From positions 137,188-201,187 of the forward strand of contig CBDAFF010000039.1 in the NCBI GenBank assembly GCA_965195195.1: a DNA stretch of 64,000 nt, given 5' to 3'. This DNA comes from an uncultured Anaerolineales bacterium. Lineage in GTDB: Bacteria > Chloroflexota > Anaerolineae > Anaerolineales > E44-bin32. The stretch's first letter is position 1, and the number at the start of each line of letters is the position of its first letter. Under the pieces are notes generated by a model, which searched no databases, was not told where the DNA came from, and saw only the letters and a program-made list of their open reading frames with translations. The position numbers were made by a program, and so were the translations under genes. Of the stretch, positions 29,884-39,466 are shown piece after piece.

Positions 29884-31863
29884 ATGAGTGTGGAAAACTC
29901 TCTGAGCGATCGCCTCACCGGTTTGCGGTTTATCCTCATTGTGACCATTTTCCTGACATTAGGGGCTGTCGCTGACCAATTCCGCTATGCTCTCGAGATC
30001 CAGATCCTGGCGGTATCGTGGAAGTGGAAGCTGGCGCTTCTCCTGGGTGAAGTAGTACTGGCCGTTGAGATCGCAACCCTCCTCGCTACCTGGACTCCCT
30101 TGAGCGATCCGATCACCCGATGGGCTAATAAAATACCTTCTTTTGTTGAGCGCCTAGGGGGCCTTCGCTATCCGATCCTCGCCATCCTAATGCTGCTTTT
30201 ACCATTCTTGGTAATGGGGCCGTTTGGGTATTATTTTCAGTCCATCTATATACGAGCCCTGGTCTTCTGGTTCATACTCATTTGTAACTCTCTAATCCTG
30301 CAAAGCATGTGTCCACAGTGGACCTACACGAACATCCTTTTAGGCTTAGCGCTTATGCAAGCAGTGTTTTATCGTATAGCGGTGTTCTTGCCGGATCTCT
30401 CCATTTATCCGTTCTCATTGGGATGGTCTGAAGCCAGCAGATATTATTACGCATCCCTATTCTTTTCCGAGCGAATCTATGGCCTACAGATAAGCCCAAG
30501 TGTGCTTCACCCAACACGCTATCTTCTCCAGTCGATGCCATTCTTGTTCCCTGGCTCAGCGCTCTGGATGCATCGCCTTTGGCAAGTTGTTCTATGGCTT
30601 GCGACCACTTTTGGGGCGTCGTATCTGCTGATGAAAAGACTCAAGCTTACATGGGGATGGTCAGCATTACTTGTGATGGCATGGGCGTTCCTTTTCTTCT
30701 TCCAGGGACCGGTCTACTACCACCTGCAAATTACGATCATCCTCGTCTTGTGGGGCTTCGATCGAGAAAAACCTGCGCGCACTTTGATCGTTGTTCTGTT
30801 TGCTTCAGCCTGGGCAGGGATCAGTAGACTTAATTGGTTCCCTGTGCCGGGATTGATCGCTGCACTGCTATATTTCTTTGAGATTCCACGGGGCAATAAA
30901 TCAGCAGTACGGTATCTTGCATGGCCTGCTATTTTTGTTTTATCTGGCACAATCTGTGCGTTTCTCAGCCAATCAGCCTATGTAACGATATCAGGGCAGG
31001 ACGTAAATCGCTTCACGTCCAGCCTCGGCTCCCAGCTCCTGTGGTACCGATTGTTGCCGAGCGCGACTTACCCATTGGGAGTTCTGCCGGCGATCTTGCT
31101 GGCATCCCTGCCGGTTTTTCTTCTGATGTTTTTTTATTGGTGGTCAGGCAAAGGTTCAATGGCTCCGCTCCGCCAGCTTGGGGTTGCCGCGATCGCCTTG
31201 GTTCTTTTCGGGGGCGGTCTGGTGGTGAGTACGAAAATTGGCGGGGGGAGCAACCTGCATAACCTTGACGCCTATCTTGTGGTTCTTGCAGTGTTTGGTG
31301 TCTATCTCGTTGCAGGGGGTATTGAGCACGAGGAAGGCAGCGAGAGTGAAAAGTTCTATCCATCCCTGCCGATAAAAGGCCTCCTTGTCAGCGTCCCGAT
31401 CCTATTTGTCCTTGGTGCTGGATCACCCATTGTTCGTTACGATGCGGGACAAGCACAGAGCGCGCTTGATCTTGTGCAGGAATATGCACAAGACGCCGTG
31501 ATTGAAAACGAAGAGGTGCTCTTCATCTCTCAAAGGCACTTGCTGACTTTCGATAGGGTCCAGGATGTGCCGCTTGTCCCTGAGTACGAGACTGTCTTCC
31601 TGATGGAAATGGCCATGTCGGGGAACCAGGCGTATCTGGATGATTTTCATAACGACTTGAGAGAAGGTAGGTTTGGGTTGATCATAGTAGCGACTCTTGA
31701 GAGAGGATATCAGGGGAGATCTCATGCCTTTGGGGAGGAAAATGACGCCTGGGTGCGGGAGGTGTCCGAGCCAATCCTTTGCTACTACGCGCCAATACAA
31801 ACACTGGATTCACCCCGATTGCAGTTGTTAGCACCGCGAGCAGAGTCTGATTGGTGCGAGTGA
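29884..31863 (+). CDS. Large polytopic membrane protein (GT-C-like) with a C-terminal soluble domain of about 200 aa
   Basis: 659 aa, with more than 12 hydrophobic segments and then a hydrophilic C-terminal domain. Loop motif GWSEASRYYYASLFFSE. No confident family assignment. Confidence 0.45.
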   Translation: MSVENSLSDRLTGLRFILIVTIFLTLGAVADQFRYALEIQILAVSWKWKLALLLGEVVLAVEIATLLATWTPLSDPITRWANKIPSFVERLGGLRYPILAILMLLLPFLVMGPFGYYFQSIYIRALVFWFILICNSLILQSMCPQWTYTNILLGLALMQAVFYRIAVFLPDLSIYPFSLGWSEASRYYYASLFFSERIYGLQISPSVLHPTRYLLQSMPFLFPGSALWMHRLWQVVLWLATTFGASYLLMKRLKLTWGWSALLVMAWAFLFFFQGPVYYHLQITIILVLWGFDREKPARTLIVVLFASAWAGISRLNWFPVPGLIAALLYFFEIPRGNKSAVRYLAWPAIFVLSGTICAFLSQSAYVTISGQDVNRFTSSLGSQLLWYRLLPSATYPLGVLPAILLASLPVFLLMFFYWWSGKGSMAPLRQLGVAAIALVLFGGGLVVSTKIGGGSNLHNLDAYLVVLAVFGVYLVAGGIEHEEGSESEKFYPSLPIKGLLVSVPILFVLGAGSPIVRYDAGQAQSALDLVQEYAQDAVIENEEVLFISQRHLLTFDRVQDVPLVPEYETVFLMEMAMSGNQAYLDDFHNDLREGRFGLIIVATLERGYQGRSHAFGEENDAWVREVSEPILCYYAPIQTLDSPRLQLLAPRAESDWCE

Positions 31864-31952
31864 GCTCAGTAAAGAGGGGGATGGCAATTAGCGAATGTAT
31901 CTACGGGGAGAAAGCTGCGCAGCATCTCTAAGATGGCTTAACGAGGTGTAAT

Positions 31953-33977
31953 ATGTATTGGTTCAGAACCGGCAACGCGCTTGATGGACTAGCCCTCATC
32001 CCTTTTTTCTTCCTTTTCACAACGGGCGGGTGGTTATTATCAACACACGCTTTCAAACTCAAGTCCCGAGAGCGCGTCGTCATCGGTTTTGGGCTTGGTT
32101 TAGCGCTCACTCTGTGGTTCTCAAATTTGCTCGGGCGATGGCTTCCACCTCAGATCGCCTTCTGGGGCGCCGCAGGATTGGTCCTCATCCTGGGTTTATT
32201 ATCCACAACCTGGTCAGATCGCCCATTCCTGGATAAACAAGATCTTGAGGCGTGGCCTCTACTGCTGTTCTTCATGGGGATCACACTTCTCTTTACTTTG
32301 ATGGGACGCGGCTTGGGGATCTTCGACGATCGCAAGAACCTCTCGATCATTTCAACCATGGCCGCGGGTGACATCCCCCCGCATTTCTACATGAATTCAG
32401 GGTTCTTTTTTAAATACCATTACGGCTTCCAGTTGTTCGGTGCGAGCTTGATGCGCGTGGGCGGACTTTTCCCCTGGAGTGCGTTCGACTTAAGTAAAGG
32501 GATAACCGCGGGGTTAGCGATTGTGCTTGCTTACCTGTGGAGTTGGCGAGTTACCTATCGAAAGCTAGGTGGGGTGATCACGGCATTTGTGTTGACTTTC
32601 GCATCGGGGGGGCGGTGGTTGTTGACTTTACTGCCACCTTCGATTCTTTCTCGAGCTGGTGCTCAGCTCACCTTGTGGGGTTCCGGTGCACAATCTGCCT
32701 CCGACCTTCTTCAAGGGCTCAGTTCCCCATGGATCATCGATGGAGGGCCACCCGTTCCGATACCCTTCGCCTTTGTGAACGGCATCCTGCAACCTTTCGT
32801 CCTTTATCTACAAGCTGGACCGAAATCTCTCGCCCTGATTTTGCTTCTCCTGCTGCTCCTGATCTTCCGCCGCCGGGTGAACAAATTTGGTCTTCTTGTT
32901 ATAACGCTACTTATTGCACTGTGGGGGCTCACGGCAGAGGCGGAATTTGTACTCTTTGCAATCGGGCTCTTTAGTGCATTTATTGTTCTGCGTGCTTGGA
33001 GGGCCGAACCCGTCTGGAGGGTGGAACTTCGTACAGCAATAATTGTGTTGGTGATAGCGTCCGCAATCATCATCTTCCAGGGGGGGACGATTACCGAGAC
33101 TGTTAGGGGGATCATTCTGCCAGCTGAGAAAGTTCTTGCAGGGACAGCAGGCCCATCCGTCGGCTTCTCGCTGCGGTTCCCTCCTGCGATTGTATCTGCC
33201 CACCTGGGTGAGCTGCGAATCACCCAACCGGGAGAGCTGCTCATTGGACTTATGGAAATTGGTCCTGCCTTACTCTTAGGGCCGTTGATCGCATGGGCAT
33301 CCATCCGATGGGCAAAACGAGGTCGCTTTCTTTATCTCGCCATTGCGATCAGCACCTTCTTCGGTTTCGTCATTCCGCTGTTTCTTCGCTATGAAGTCGA
33401 TCGAGACATCACACGCTTAACAAATTATGCTTTGATGGGTTGGATACTCTTATCTGTGCCCCTTTTGAACACGTTTTGGTATTTAAAGCGTCCGCATTGG
33501 ATCCGGGCTGTTATCGTGACGGTGGTAGTGCTTGTAGTTTTCGGAGGGTTGGTCGTCGCAGGATCCCTATTTACTGCCATGCCAAAAGCCGTATTTGCCG
33601 ACGAAATTCAACCAGTTGATGCTGCCATGACTCGACTCGTGTGGGATGAACTCGAGCCAGGTGCGGAAGTGCTTGATTCGCGAAGTTGGAGGGCGGTTCC
33701 GATTACCGGTCGGCTGACGCGATCTGCGGTTGATAGCTACGCCGAGTTAAGTTCATGGGCTGATCTTGTGGCTTTCCCCGATGTTCACCAGGTCTCGGGT
33801 GCAGGTTATCGTTACATCTACGTTGATGAGTTCTGGTGGGATTCTATGCCGGAGAATGCACGCGAATCTTATATGGACTCCTGTGTAAGGGTCATTCAAG
33901 AATTGCATGACAATGCAGCGAATGGTTCTCGTTGGTTATTTGATATTAGCGAGTGTGGACTAGACACAGAATCCTGA
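31953..33977 (+). CDS. Large polytopic membrane protein (GT-C-like / DUF2298-like) with a C-terminal soluble domain
   Basis: 674 aa. Loop motif AAGDIPPHFYMNSGFFFKYHYGFQ. The C-terminal domain of about 130 aa is hydrophilic. No confident family assignment. Confidence 0.45.
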   Translation: MYWFRTGNALDGLALIPFFFLFTTGGWLLSTHAFKLKSRERVVIGFGLGLALTLWFSNLLGRWLPPQIAFWGAAGLVLILGLLSTTWSDRPFLDKQDLEAWPLLLFFMGITLLFTLMGRGLGIFDDRKNLSIISTMAAGDIPPHFYMNSGFFFKYHYGFQLFGASLMRVGGLFPWSAFDLSKGITAGLAIVLAYLWSWRVTYRKLGGVITAFVLTFASGGRWLLTLLPPSILSRAGAQLTLWGSGAQSASDLLQGLSSPWIIDGGPPVPIPFAFVNGILQPFVLYLQAGPKSLALILLLLLLLIFRRRVNKFGLLVITLLIALWGLTAEAEFVLFAIGLFSAFIVLRAWRAEPVWRVELRTAIIVLVIASAIIIFQGGTITETVRGIILPAEKVLAGTAGPSVGFSLRFPPAIVSAHLGELRITQPGELLIGLMEIGPALLLGPLIAWASIRWAKRGRFLYLAIAISTFFGFVIPLFLRYEVDRDITRLTNYALMGWILLSVPLLNTFWYLKRPHWIRAVIVTVVVLVVFGGLVVAGSLFTAMPKAVFADEIQPVDAAMTRLVWDELEPGAEVLDSRSWRAVPITGRLTRSAVDSYAELSSWADLVAFPDVHQVSGAGYRYIYVDEFWWDSMPENARESYMDSCVRVIQELHDNAANGSRWLFDISECGLDTES

Positions 33978-34062
33978 ACTGAATATTTTTTCTACCGGGT
34001 AAACATGAATTAACTGGCGTTTGAATTTCTTTGCTGCCTCCTTTCTGGCCTTTTAGTCATGC

Positions 34063-34090
34063 TTGACTGTGAATAACATAGGGTTATAAT
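34063..34090 (+). promoter_or_regulatory. Near-consensus sigma-70-type promoter for the regulator gene, and probably for the downstream operon
   Basis: TTGACT (34063-34068), a 16-nt spacer, then TATAAT (34085-34090). AGGAG lies 8 nt before the GTG start at 34122. Confidence 0.6.
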
Positions 34091-34104
34091 TCAGCCACTG
34101 AATT
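34088..34104. promoter_or_regulatory. Palindromic operator candidate overlapping the -10/+1 region
   Basis: A perfect inverted repeat, AATTCAG-cca-CTGAATT. A 17/19-identical copy of TATAATTCAGCNANTGAAT lies upstream of gmd at 26717-26735. Confidence 0.5.
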
Positions 34105-34121
34105 TTAGAAGGAGAAACATA

Positions 34122-34649
34122 GTGCAAGCGGAGCAATCGGACCGTGAGCTTGGACTGCTTACCGAGATCGAACGCGATCCGGATATCACCCAGGCGGGGT
34201 TGGCGACTAAACTTGGCGTTGCCGTAGGAACTGTAAATTGGCATCTCAAACGATTGACCGCCAAAGGGTATGTGAAGGTCAAGCGTGCGGAGCGGAAGAA
34301 ACTGCGCTATATCATCACACCGGACGGACTTGCCCTGCGTGCTCGACTGACGGTGGCGTATATCGAGAATTCAATGACACTTTATCGCCAAGTACGGGAA
34401 GACGCACGGAGACTATTATCCTCTGTCCAGAGGAATAATGTGTCCGCTGTGCGAATTGTGGGTGACGGAGATATCGCTGACATATGCCGTTTAACCTGTC
34501 TGGAACTTGGCATCCGGGTCGTTGATGGTGAATCAAAGGAAAATGTGCCCATAATTATGGTCGAAGGTCGAGAGATCAATGTTATCGACAACAAGACTGG
34601 CGAGATTGGTATACCCCACCCAGGCAGTCAAATAACGCAGGAAGTGTAA
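34122..34649 (+). CDS. Winged-helix (MarR-type) transcriptional regulator resembling EPS-locus-associated MarR regulators
   Basis: An N-terminal wHTH (ITQAGLATKLGVAVGTVNWHLKRLTAKGYVKVKR) followed by a domain of about 90 aa of unknown function. It is embedded in the polysaccharide locus. Confidence 0.7.
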   Translation: MQAEQSDRELGLLTEIERDPDITQAGLATKLGVAVGTVNWHLKRLTAKGYVKVKRAERKKLRYIITPDGLALRARLTVAYIENSMTLYRQVREDARRLLSSVQRNNVSAVRIVGDGDIADICRLTCLELGIRVVDGESKENVPIIMVEGREINVIDNKTGEIGIPHPGSQITQEV

Positions 34650-34727
34650 CGGTGTGTCTGATCAAGGATCGGTTGCATTGAATGACCGCCTGTAAGGGCG
34701 AGCGTAGAAATCTAAGAAGAGGTCAAG

Positions 34728-35693
34728 ATGGCATCAAAATCAATGAACTCAGAATTCTGGAAGGATCGAAAGGTGTGCGTTACGGGAGGCGATGGTTTCC
34801 TCGGGTCCTACGTACTTGAAAAACTAGCCGAGCGGGGTGCAAATCAGGTTTTCGTGCCCAAGATTGAGGAATACAACATCGTCGAGCCCGAAGCGGTGAA
34901 ACGATTGCTCGTCGACGCGAATCCAGATTTGGTTCTGCATTTAGCTGCTAACGTAGGGGGTATTGGAGCAAACCAGGCACGCCCAGCGGAATTCTTCTAC
35001 GATAATCTCATGATGGGTGTCCAGTTGATGCATGAGGCTTGGAAAGCTGGTGTCTCAAAATTCGTCGCCATCGGGACCGTATGCGCCTACCCGAAATTTA
35101 CGCCGGTGCCTTTCCGGGAGGAAACTCTCTGGGACGGATACCCTGAGGAGACCAACGCGCCGTACGGTCTGGCAAAGAAGATGCTCCTGGTCCAATCGCA
35201 ATCCTACCGCCAGCAATACAACTTCAACTCGCTTTTTTTAATCCCGGTGAATCTTTACGGTCCTAGGGATAATTTCAATTTAGAGACTTCGCATGTCATT
35301 CCGGCATTGATCCGCAAGTGCTTCGAGGCGCAAGAACGAGGCGATGATGAAATTGTTGTGTGGGGAGATGGGTCGCCCACGCGTGAATTCCTTTACGCCG
35401 AAGACGCGGCAGAAGGAATACTGCTCGCGGCCGAGGGCTACAACTCTAGCGATCCCGTCAACCTTGGGTCGGGTGAAGAGATCAGCATAAAGGACCTGGT
35501 GACTAAGATCGTGGAGTTTACAGGGTTTGAAGGACGGCTGGTTTGGGATACCAGCCGCCCCAATGGGCAGCCTCGCCGGGGGTTAGACACTTCCAGGGCA
35601 AAGGAGCGATTTGGTTTTCAAGCGCAAGTCAAGCTTGAGGGTGGTTTGAAACGTACAGTTGAATGGTACCGTAAGGCGCGAGAGCAAGCCTGA
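34728..35693 (+). CDS. fcl: GDP-L-fucose synthase (GDP-4-keto-6-deoxymannose 3,5-epimerase/4-reductase)
   Basis: [18 protein letters not shown] (YxxxK), NLYGPRDNF and [10 protein letters not shown], all typical Fcl/WcaG blocks. Confidence 0.9.
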   Translation: MASKSMNSEFWKDRKVCVTGGDGFLGSYVLEKLAERGANQVFVPKIEEYNIVEPEAVKRLLVDANPDLVLHLAANVGGIGANQARPAEFFYDNLMMGVQLMHEAWKAGVSKFVAIGTVCAYPKFTPVPFREETLWDGYPEETNAPYGLAKKMLLVQSQSYRQQYNFNSLFLIPVNLYGPRDNFNLETSHVIPALIRKCFEAQERGDDEIVVWGDGSPTREFLYAEDAAEGILLAAEGYNSSDPVNLGSGEEISIKDLVTKIVEFTGFEGRLVWDTSRPNGQPRRGLDTSRAKERFGFQAQVKLEGGLKRTVEWYRKAREQA

Positions 35694-35708
35694 CGTTAAG
35701 GGAAAGTT

Positions 35709-36569
35709 GTGAACGAAACGACATCTTCACTTGAAAAACAAGAGGTAGAGAAGTTAACAGTCATCCAACCCTCGCGTGGGTGGGCGTGGATCGACATCCG
35801 TGAGCTATGGCGTTACCGTGAGCTCATCTACTTTCTCGTCTGGCGCGATATCAAGGTTCGCTACAAACAAACCTTGCTCGGTGCAGCCTGGGCTATCTTA
35901 AAGCCCTTCCTGAGCATGGTCATTTTCACGGTGATTTTCTCAGGCCTGGCGAATTTGGATACGGACGGTGCTCCGCCCCCTGTCTTCTATTTTTCCGGTC
36001 TGCTCCCATGGGTGCTTTTCCAGGATGGCGTTGCCAAAGCGGGGAACAGCCTTGTCACCGGCAGTAGCCTGATCACGAAAGTCTACTTCCCACGTATCGC
36101 GATTCCCCTGGCATCTGTCCTGTCCGGTGTTGTTGATTTTGCACTGTCTTTTCTCGTACTTATCGGAATGATGATTTATTACGGCGTCCGCCCTACGGAT
36201 GCGATTTGGACATTACCCTTGTTCCTTCTTCTAGCATTAGTGACCGCTCTAGGTGTGGGGCTATGGCTTTCAGCGTTGAACGTGCAATACCGCGATGTGG
36301 GGTATGTAACGCCTTTTCTTCTCCAGGCGTGGATGTATGCATCGCCAGTGGTTTATTCGGCGACGTTGATCCCGGACGGCTGGGCGAGAATCGCCTACGG
36401 GCTTAACCCGATGGCGGGTGTGGTTCAAGGTTTTCGATGGGCGATCCTGGGAGTGGGGGAACCGCCATCGGGATTGATAATCCTTTCGATCGTGATGGCG
36501 ATATCTCTTCTTATTAGCGGGATGCTCTACTTCAAACGGATGGAGCGAACCTTCGCCGATGTGGTGTAG
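35709..36569 (+). CDS. wzm: ABC-2 type polysaccharide export permease (Wzm-like)
   Basis: The N-terminal block LWRYRELIYFLVWRDIKVRYKQTLLGAAWAILKP is diagnostic of the Wzm/TagG/KpsM family. Six TM helices. Confidence 0.9.
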   Translation: MNETTSSLEKQEVEKLTVIQPSRGWAWIDIRELWRYRELIYFLVWRDIKVRYKQTLLGAAWAILKPFLSMVIFTVIFSGLANLDTDGAPPPVFYFSGLLPWVLFQDGVAKAGNSLVTGSSLITKVYFPRIAIPLASVLSGVVDFALSFLVLIGMMIYYGVRPTDAIWTLPLFLLLALVTALGVGLWLSALNVQYRDVGYVTPFLLQAWMYASPVVYSATLIPDGWARIAYGLNPMAGVVQGFRWAILGVGEPPSGLIILSIVMAISLLISGMLYFKRMERTFADVV

Positions 36570-36575
36570 CGACTG

Positions 36576-37835
36576 ATGAATGATGCAATTAGGGTTGAGG
36601 ATTTAGGGAAACGGTATCGAATCGGCGGTATGCCGAGTGGGTATCGGACATTGCGAGATGCTCTGGCGAGCAGCCTGCGCCGGTTGAGCCGCCGTGAACC
36701 CCCACCATCAAAAGACACAATCTGGGCTTTGAGACACATTAATTTCAATGTGGAGCGAGGGCAAGTGCTGGGTATTGTAGGCCGGAATGGCGCCGGGAAG
36801 AGCACACTCTTGAAGCTGCTCTCGCGCGTTACAGATCCGACAGAGGGAAAGGCGGAGATCTATGGGCGTGTGGGCTCGCTGCTTGAGGTCGGCACTGGTT
36901 TTCACCCCGAACTCACCGGACGGGAAAATATTTATCTCAATGGTGCCATCCTGGGCATGAAGCGCGCCGAGATCGAGCGCAAGTTCGAAGAAATCGTGGA
37001 CTTCGCGGAGGTGCGAAAATTCATCGATACCCCCGTGAAACGCTATTCCAGCGGCATGTACCTTCGCCTTGCTTTCGCCGTAGCGGCTCATTTAGAGCCG
37101 GAGATTCTCGTCGTTGACGAGGTTCTGGCGGTCGGAGATGCAGAGTTTCAGCGCAAATGTCTGGGCAAGATGAGCGATGTTGCCCATGAGGGACGGACAG
37201 TACTTTTTGTCAGTCACAATATGTCGGCAATCCTGCGCCTAACCGAAGAGACGATTGTGCTGGATAAGGGGCAGATTGTAATGCGGGGTCCCACGCCTGA
37301 GGCCGTGGATTTCTACATGACCTCGGAAATGGCGCGTTCGGGGGAGCGCCGGTGGGAACCAGGCGACGATTACCAGACCAACAACCCGTTTCATCCGCTG
37401 GCCATTCGCGTTCTTGATTCTCAAGGAAGAGTAGCAGATCGAGTGCTCTCTTCCGAGGATTTCAGTGTGGAGTTCGAGTATGAGCTTCAGGAGGAGTTAA
37501 CCGGTTTGCGAGTGGGGATGTACTTGGCTACAAGTCGAGGCGAGCAGGTTTTCACATCCTTTGATACGGATAATCCAGAGACATACGAACGTCTCACGGA
37601 ACGACGCAAGGGTCACTATCTCAGCAGGTGCCGCATCCCACGCGATCTTCTCAACGGAGGAGTTTTCGTCCTCGGCGTTAATGCCAGCTCATTTCGGATT
37701 CGGTCCTACTTCACAGATGAACATGCGCTCACCTTCACCGTCGATCCGACGGGCGCACCAGGGAGTCAATGGGCTGAGTTTCGACGTGGACCTGTTCGCC
37801 CGGCACTGAACTGGGAAATCACCAAGGTTGTGTGA
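36576..37835 (+). CDS. wzt: Polysaccharide export ABC ATPase (Wzt-like) with a C-terminal extension of about 170 aa (probable glycan-binding Wzt_C-type domain)
   Basis: Walker A GRNGAGKST, signature YSSGMYLRLAFA, Walker B ILVVDEVLAVGD. After about residue 250 there is an extra beta-rich domain, as in O-antigen Wzt proteins that recognise chain-terminal caps. Confidence 0.85.
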   Translation: MNDAIRVEDLGKRYRIGGMPSGYRTLRDALASSLRRLSRREPPPSKDTIWALRHINFNVERGQVLGIVGRNGAGKSTLLKLLSRVTDPTEGKAEIYGRVGSLLEVGTGFHPELTGRENIYLNGAILGMKRAEIERKFEEIVDFAEVRKFIDTPVKRYSSGMYLRLAFAVAAHLEPEILVVDEVLAVGDAEFQRKCLGKMSDVAHEGRTVLFVSHNMSAILRLTEETIVLDKGQIVMRGPTPEAVDFYMTSEMARSGERRWEPGDDYQTNNPFHPLAIRVLDSQGRVADRVLSSEDFSVEFEYELQEELTGLRVGMYLATSRGEQVFTSFDTDNPETYERLTERRKGHYLSRCRIPRDLLNGGVFVLGVNASSFRIRSYFTDEHALTFTVDPTGAPGSQWAEFRRGPVRPALNWEITKVV

Positions 37836-39466
37836 TAACCATGCCATCAACCCGGTCTTGGATAAAAACGCTAGCCGGTCAGATTCCTATGACGGCAGAG
37901 TTGTACCAGAACCTTTTTGGGCGCGAGCGTCTGCCTGCGGACGGTTTTGAATTAAACCGCCTCAAGGGACATTTGCCCTCCTGGACTGCGGCTGTTGCCG
38001 AGGTTCGAAGGGGCGCAGAGAAGGCTGACCTTAAGCGCGTAGTGGTTTTCGGGTACCTCCATTGGTGGCTGGAGTACGCCACAGCGCTGGCCCTAATGCT
38101 TGTGGCGCAGGGTCATGAAGTAACGCTGGCATTCCTACCGTACCGCCGCTGGACGGATGAAGTCGCCGCGTTTGATATCCGCCGCCAACGCACGTATATC
38201 CAGCGCGTTTTAGCACAAGCGGCTCCAGTGTTGAAGTATCAGGATTTATCGGCAGTGCGCCCCGGAGAGCTTCCAGAAGCTTTGGAGCAATCGCTCCGAC
38301 AGTTGTCCCACACGGATGTTCAATACACCTTGCAGCGAGAAGATGTCAACTTGAAGGAGGGCAGTTCCGAGGAAGCCCTTTTTGAATTACGACTTCGTCG
38401 GAACCGGACTGCGGCTGCAGGGATTTTCGAACTGCTCAACAAGGGTTCTTTCGATGCAATCGTGATACCCAATGGGAGCATTTTGGAGTTTGGCGCGGTT
38501 TATCGAACCGCGCGTCATCTGGGTGTGCCATCCATAACGTATGAATTTGGAGAACAGAGTGGGCGCATGTGGCTGAGTCAGAACGATGAAGTGATGAGGC
38601 AGGATACAAAAGCGCTCTGGGATGTTAGAGGGTCGATTCCCCTGGCTGATGCAGAGAGAGATGAGCTTCATTCGCTCCTTCAAGCCCGCCGGGGCGGAAA
38701 AACATGGGGGAATTTTGGTCGTCAATGGCAAACAGGGGAGAGCCACGGCGCAATGGGTGTCCGCCAAGTTTTGGGGCTAGATCCCGATCAGCCTGTCGTT
38801 CTGCTGGCGACAAACGTCGTTGGCGACAGTCTGGCGCTCAACAGGCAGATCTTTACCGACGGGATGTCAGATTGGCTTGAGCATACCGTTAAATATTTTG
38901 CAGAGCGATCTGATGCGCAGCTCGTCGTCCGCGTCCATCCGGGGGAGCTATTGGGCGCGGGGCATCCGTCTATTGAAATCGTGCGAAGCAGCCTCCCGGA
39001 GATGCCGGAGCATGTCGTTGTTGTACCGCCCGAGTCTGAGATAAACACCTACGACCTGATTGAACTTGCCCACTTGGGTCTTGTCTACACAACAACTACA
39101 GGATTGGAGATGGCATTGAGTGGAGTGCCGGTCATCACCGCAGGACAAACCCATTACCGCAGCAAGGGTTTCACAGACGATCCTTTGAGCCTGGAGGAGT
39201 ATCTTAACTTGATTGAAAGTCGGCTCGGAGAACCACTTGGGCGCCGATTGGATGAGAACCAGGTAAACCTCGCCTGGCGGTACGCTCACCGTTTCTTCTT
39301 TGAGTATCCTTTTCGATTCCCCTGGCACTTGCTGCAGTTCTGGGATGATATGGCCTCGCATCCTCTGGAAGAGGTTATCCAATCGACCAGAGTTAAACCA
39401 TATCTAGAGACCCTGAAAGTATTCACAGGTGAACCGATAAACTGGTTGAAACATGGTAATGAATGA
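37832..39466 (+). CDS. Capsule_synth-like (KpsC/KpsS-like) putative ulosonic/nonulosonic-acid transferase
   Basis: Blocks resembling those of the KpsC/KpsS family: PVVLLATNVVGDSLAL (compare LPLQVxxDSQ) and LVVRVHPGE (compare KxHP). This is recognised from memory of the family, so confidence is only moderate. Confidence 0.45.
   Translation: MITMPSTRSWIKTLAGQIPMTAELYQNLFGRERLPADGFELNRLKGHLPSWTAAVAEVRRGAEKADLKRVVVFGYLHWWLEYATALALMLVAQGHEVTLAFLPYRRWTDEVAAFDIRRQRTYIQRVLAQAAPVLKYQDLSAVRPGELPEALEQSLRQLSHTDVQYTLQREDVNLKEGSSEEALFELRLRRNRTAAAGIFELLNKGSFDAIVIPNGSILEFGAVYRTARHLGVPSITYEFGEQSGRMWLSQNDEVMRQDTKALWDVRGSIPLADAERDELHSLLQARRGGKTWGNFGRQWQTGESHGAMGVRQVLGLDPDQPVVLLATNVVGDSLALNRQIFTDGMSDWLEHTVKYFAERSDAQLVVRVHPGELLGAGHPSIEIVRSSLPEMPEHVVVVPPESEINTYDLIELAHLGLVYTTTTGLEMALSGVPVITAGQTHYRSKGFTDDPLSLEEYLNLIESRLGEPLGRRLDENQVNLAWRYAHRFFFEYPFRFPWHLLQFWDDMASHPLEEVIQSTRVKPYLETLKVFTGEPINWLKHGNE

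Noticed and set aside
29884-33977. Assigning the two giant membrane proteins to the Chloroflexi/Archaea YYY-domain family (DUF2298), based on SRYYYAS and FFFKYHYGF.
   Set aside because: The family motif I remember is YYYxG, and neither sequence matches it exactly. I cannot verify homology without an HMM search, so I kept this only as a hint in the feature notes.
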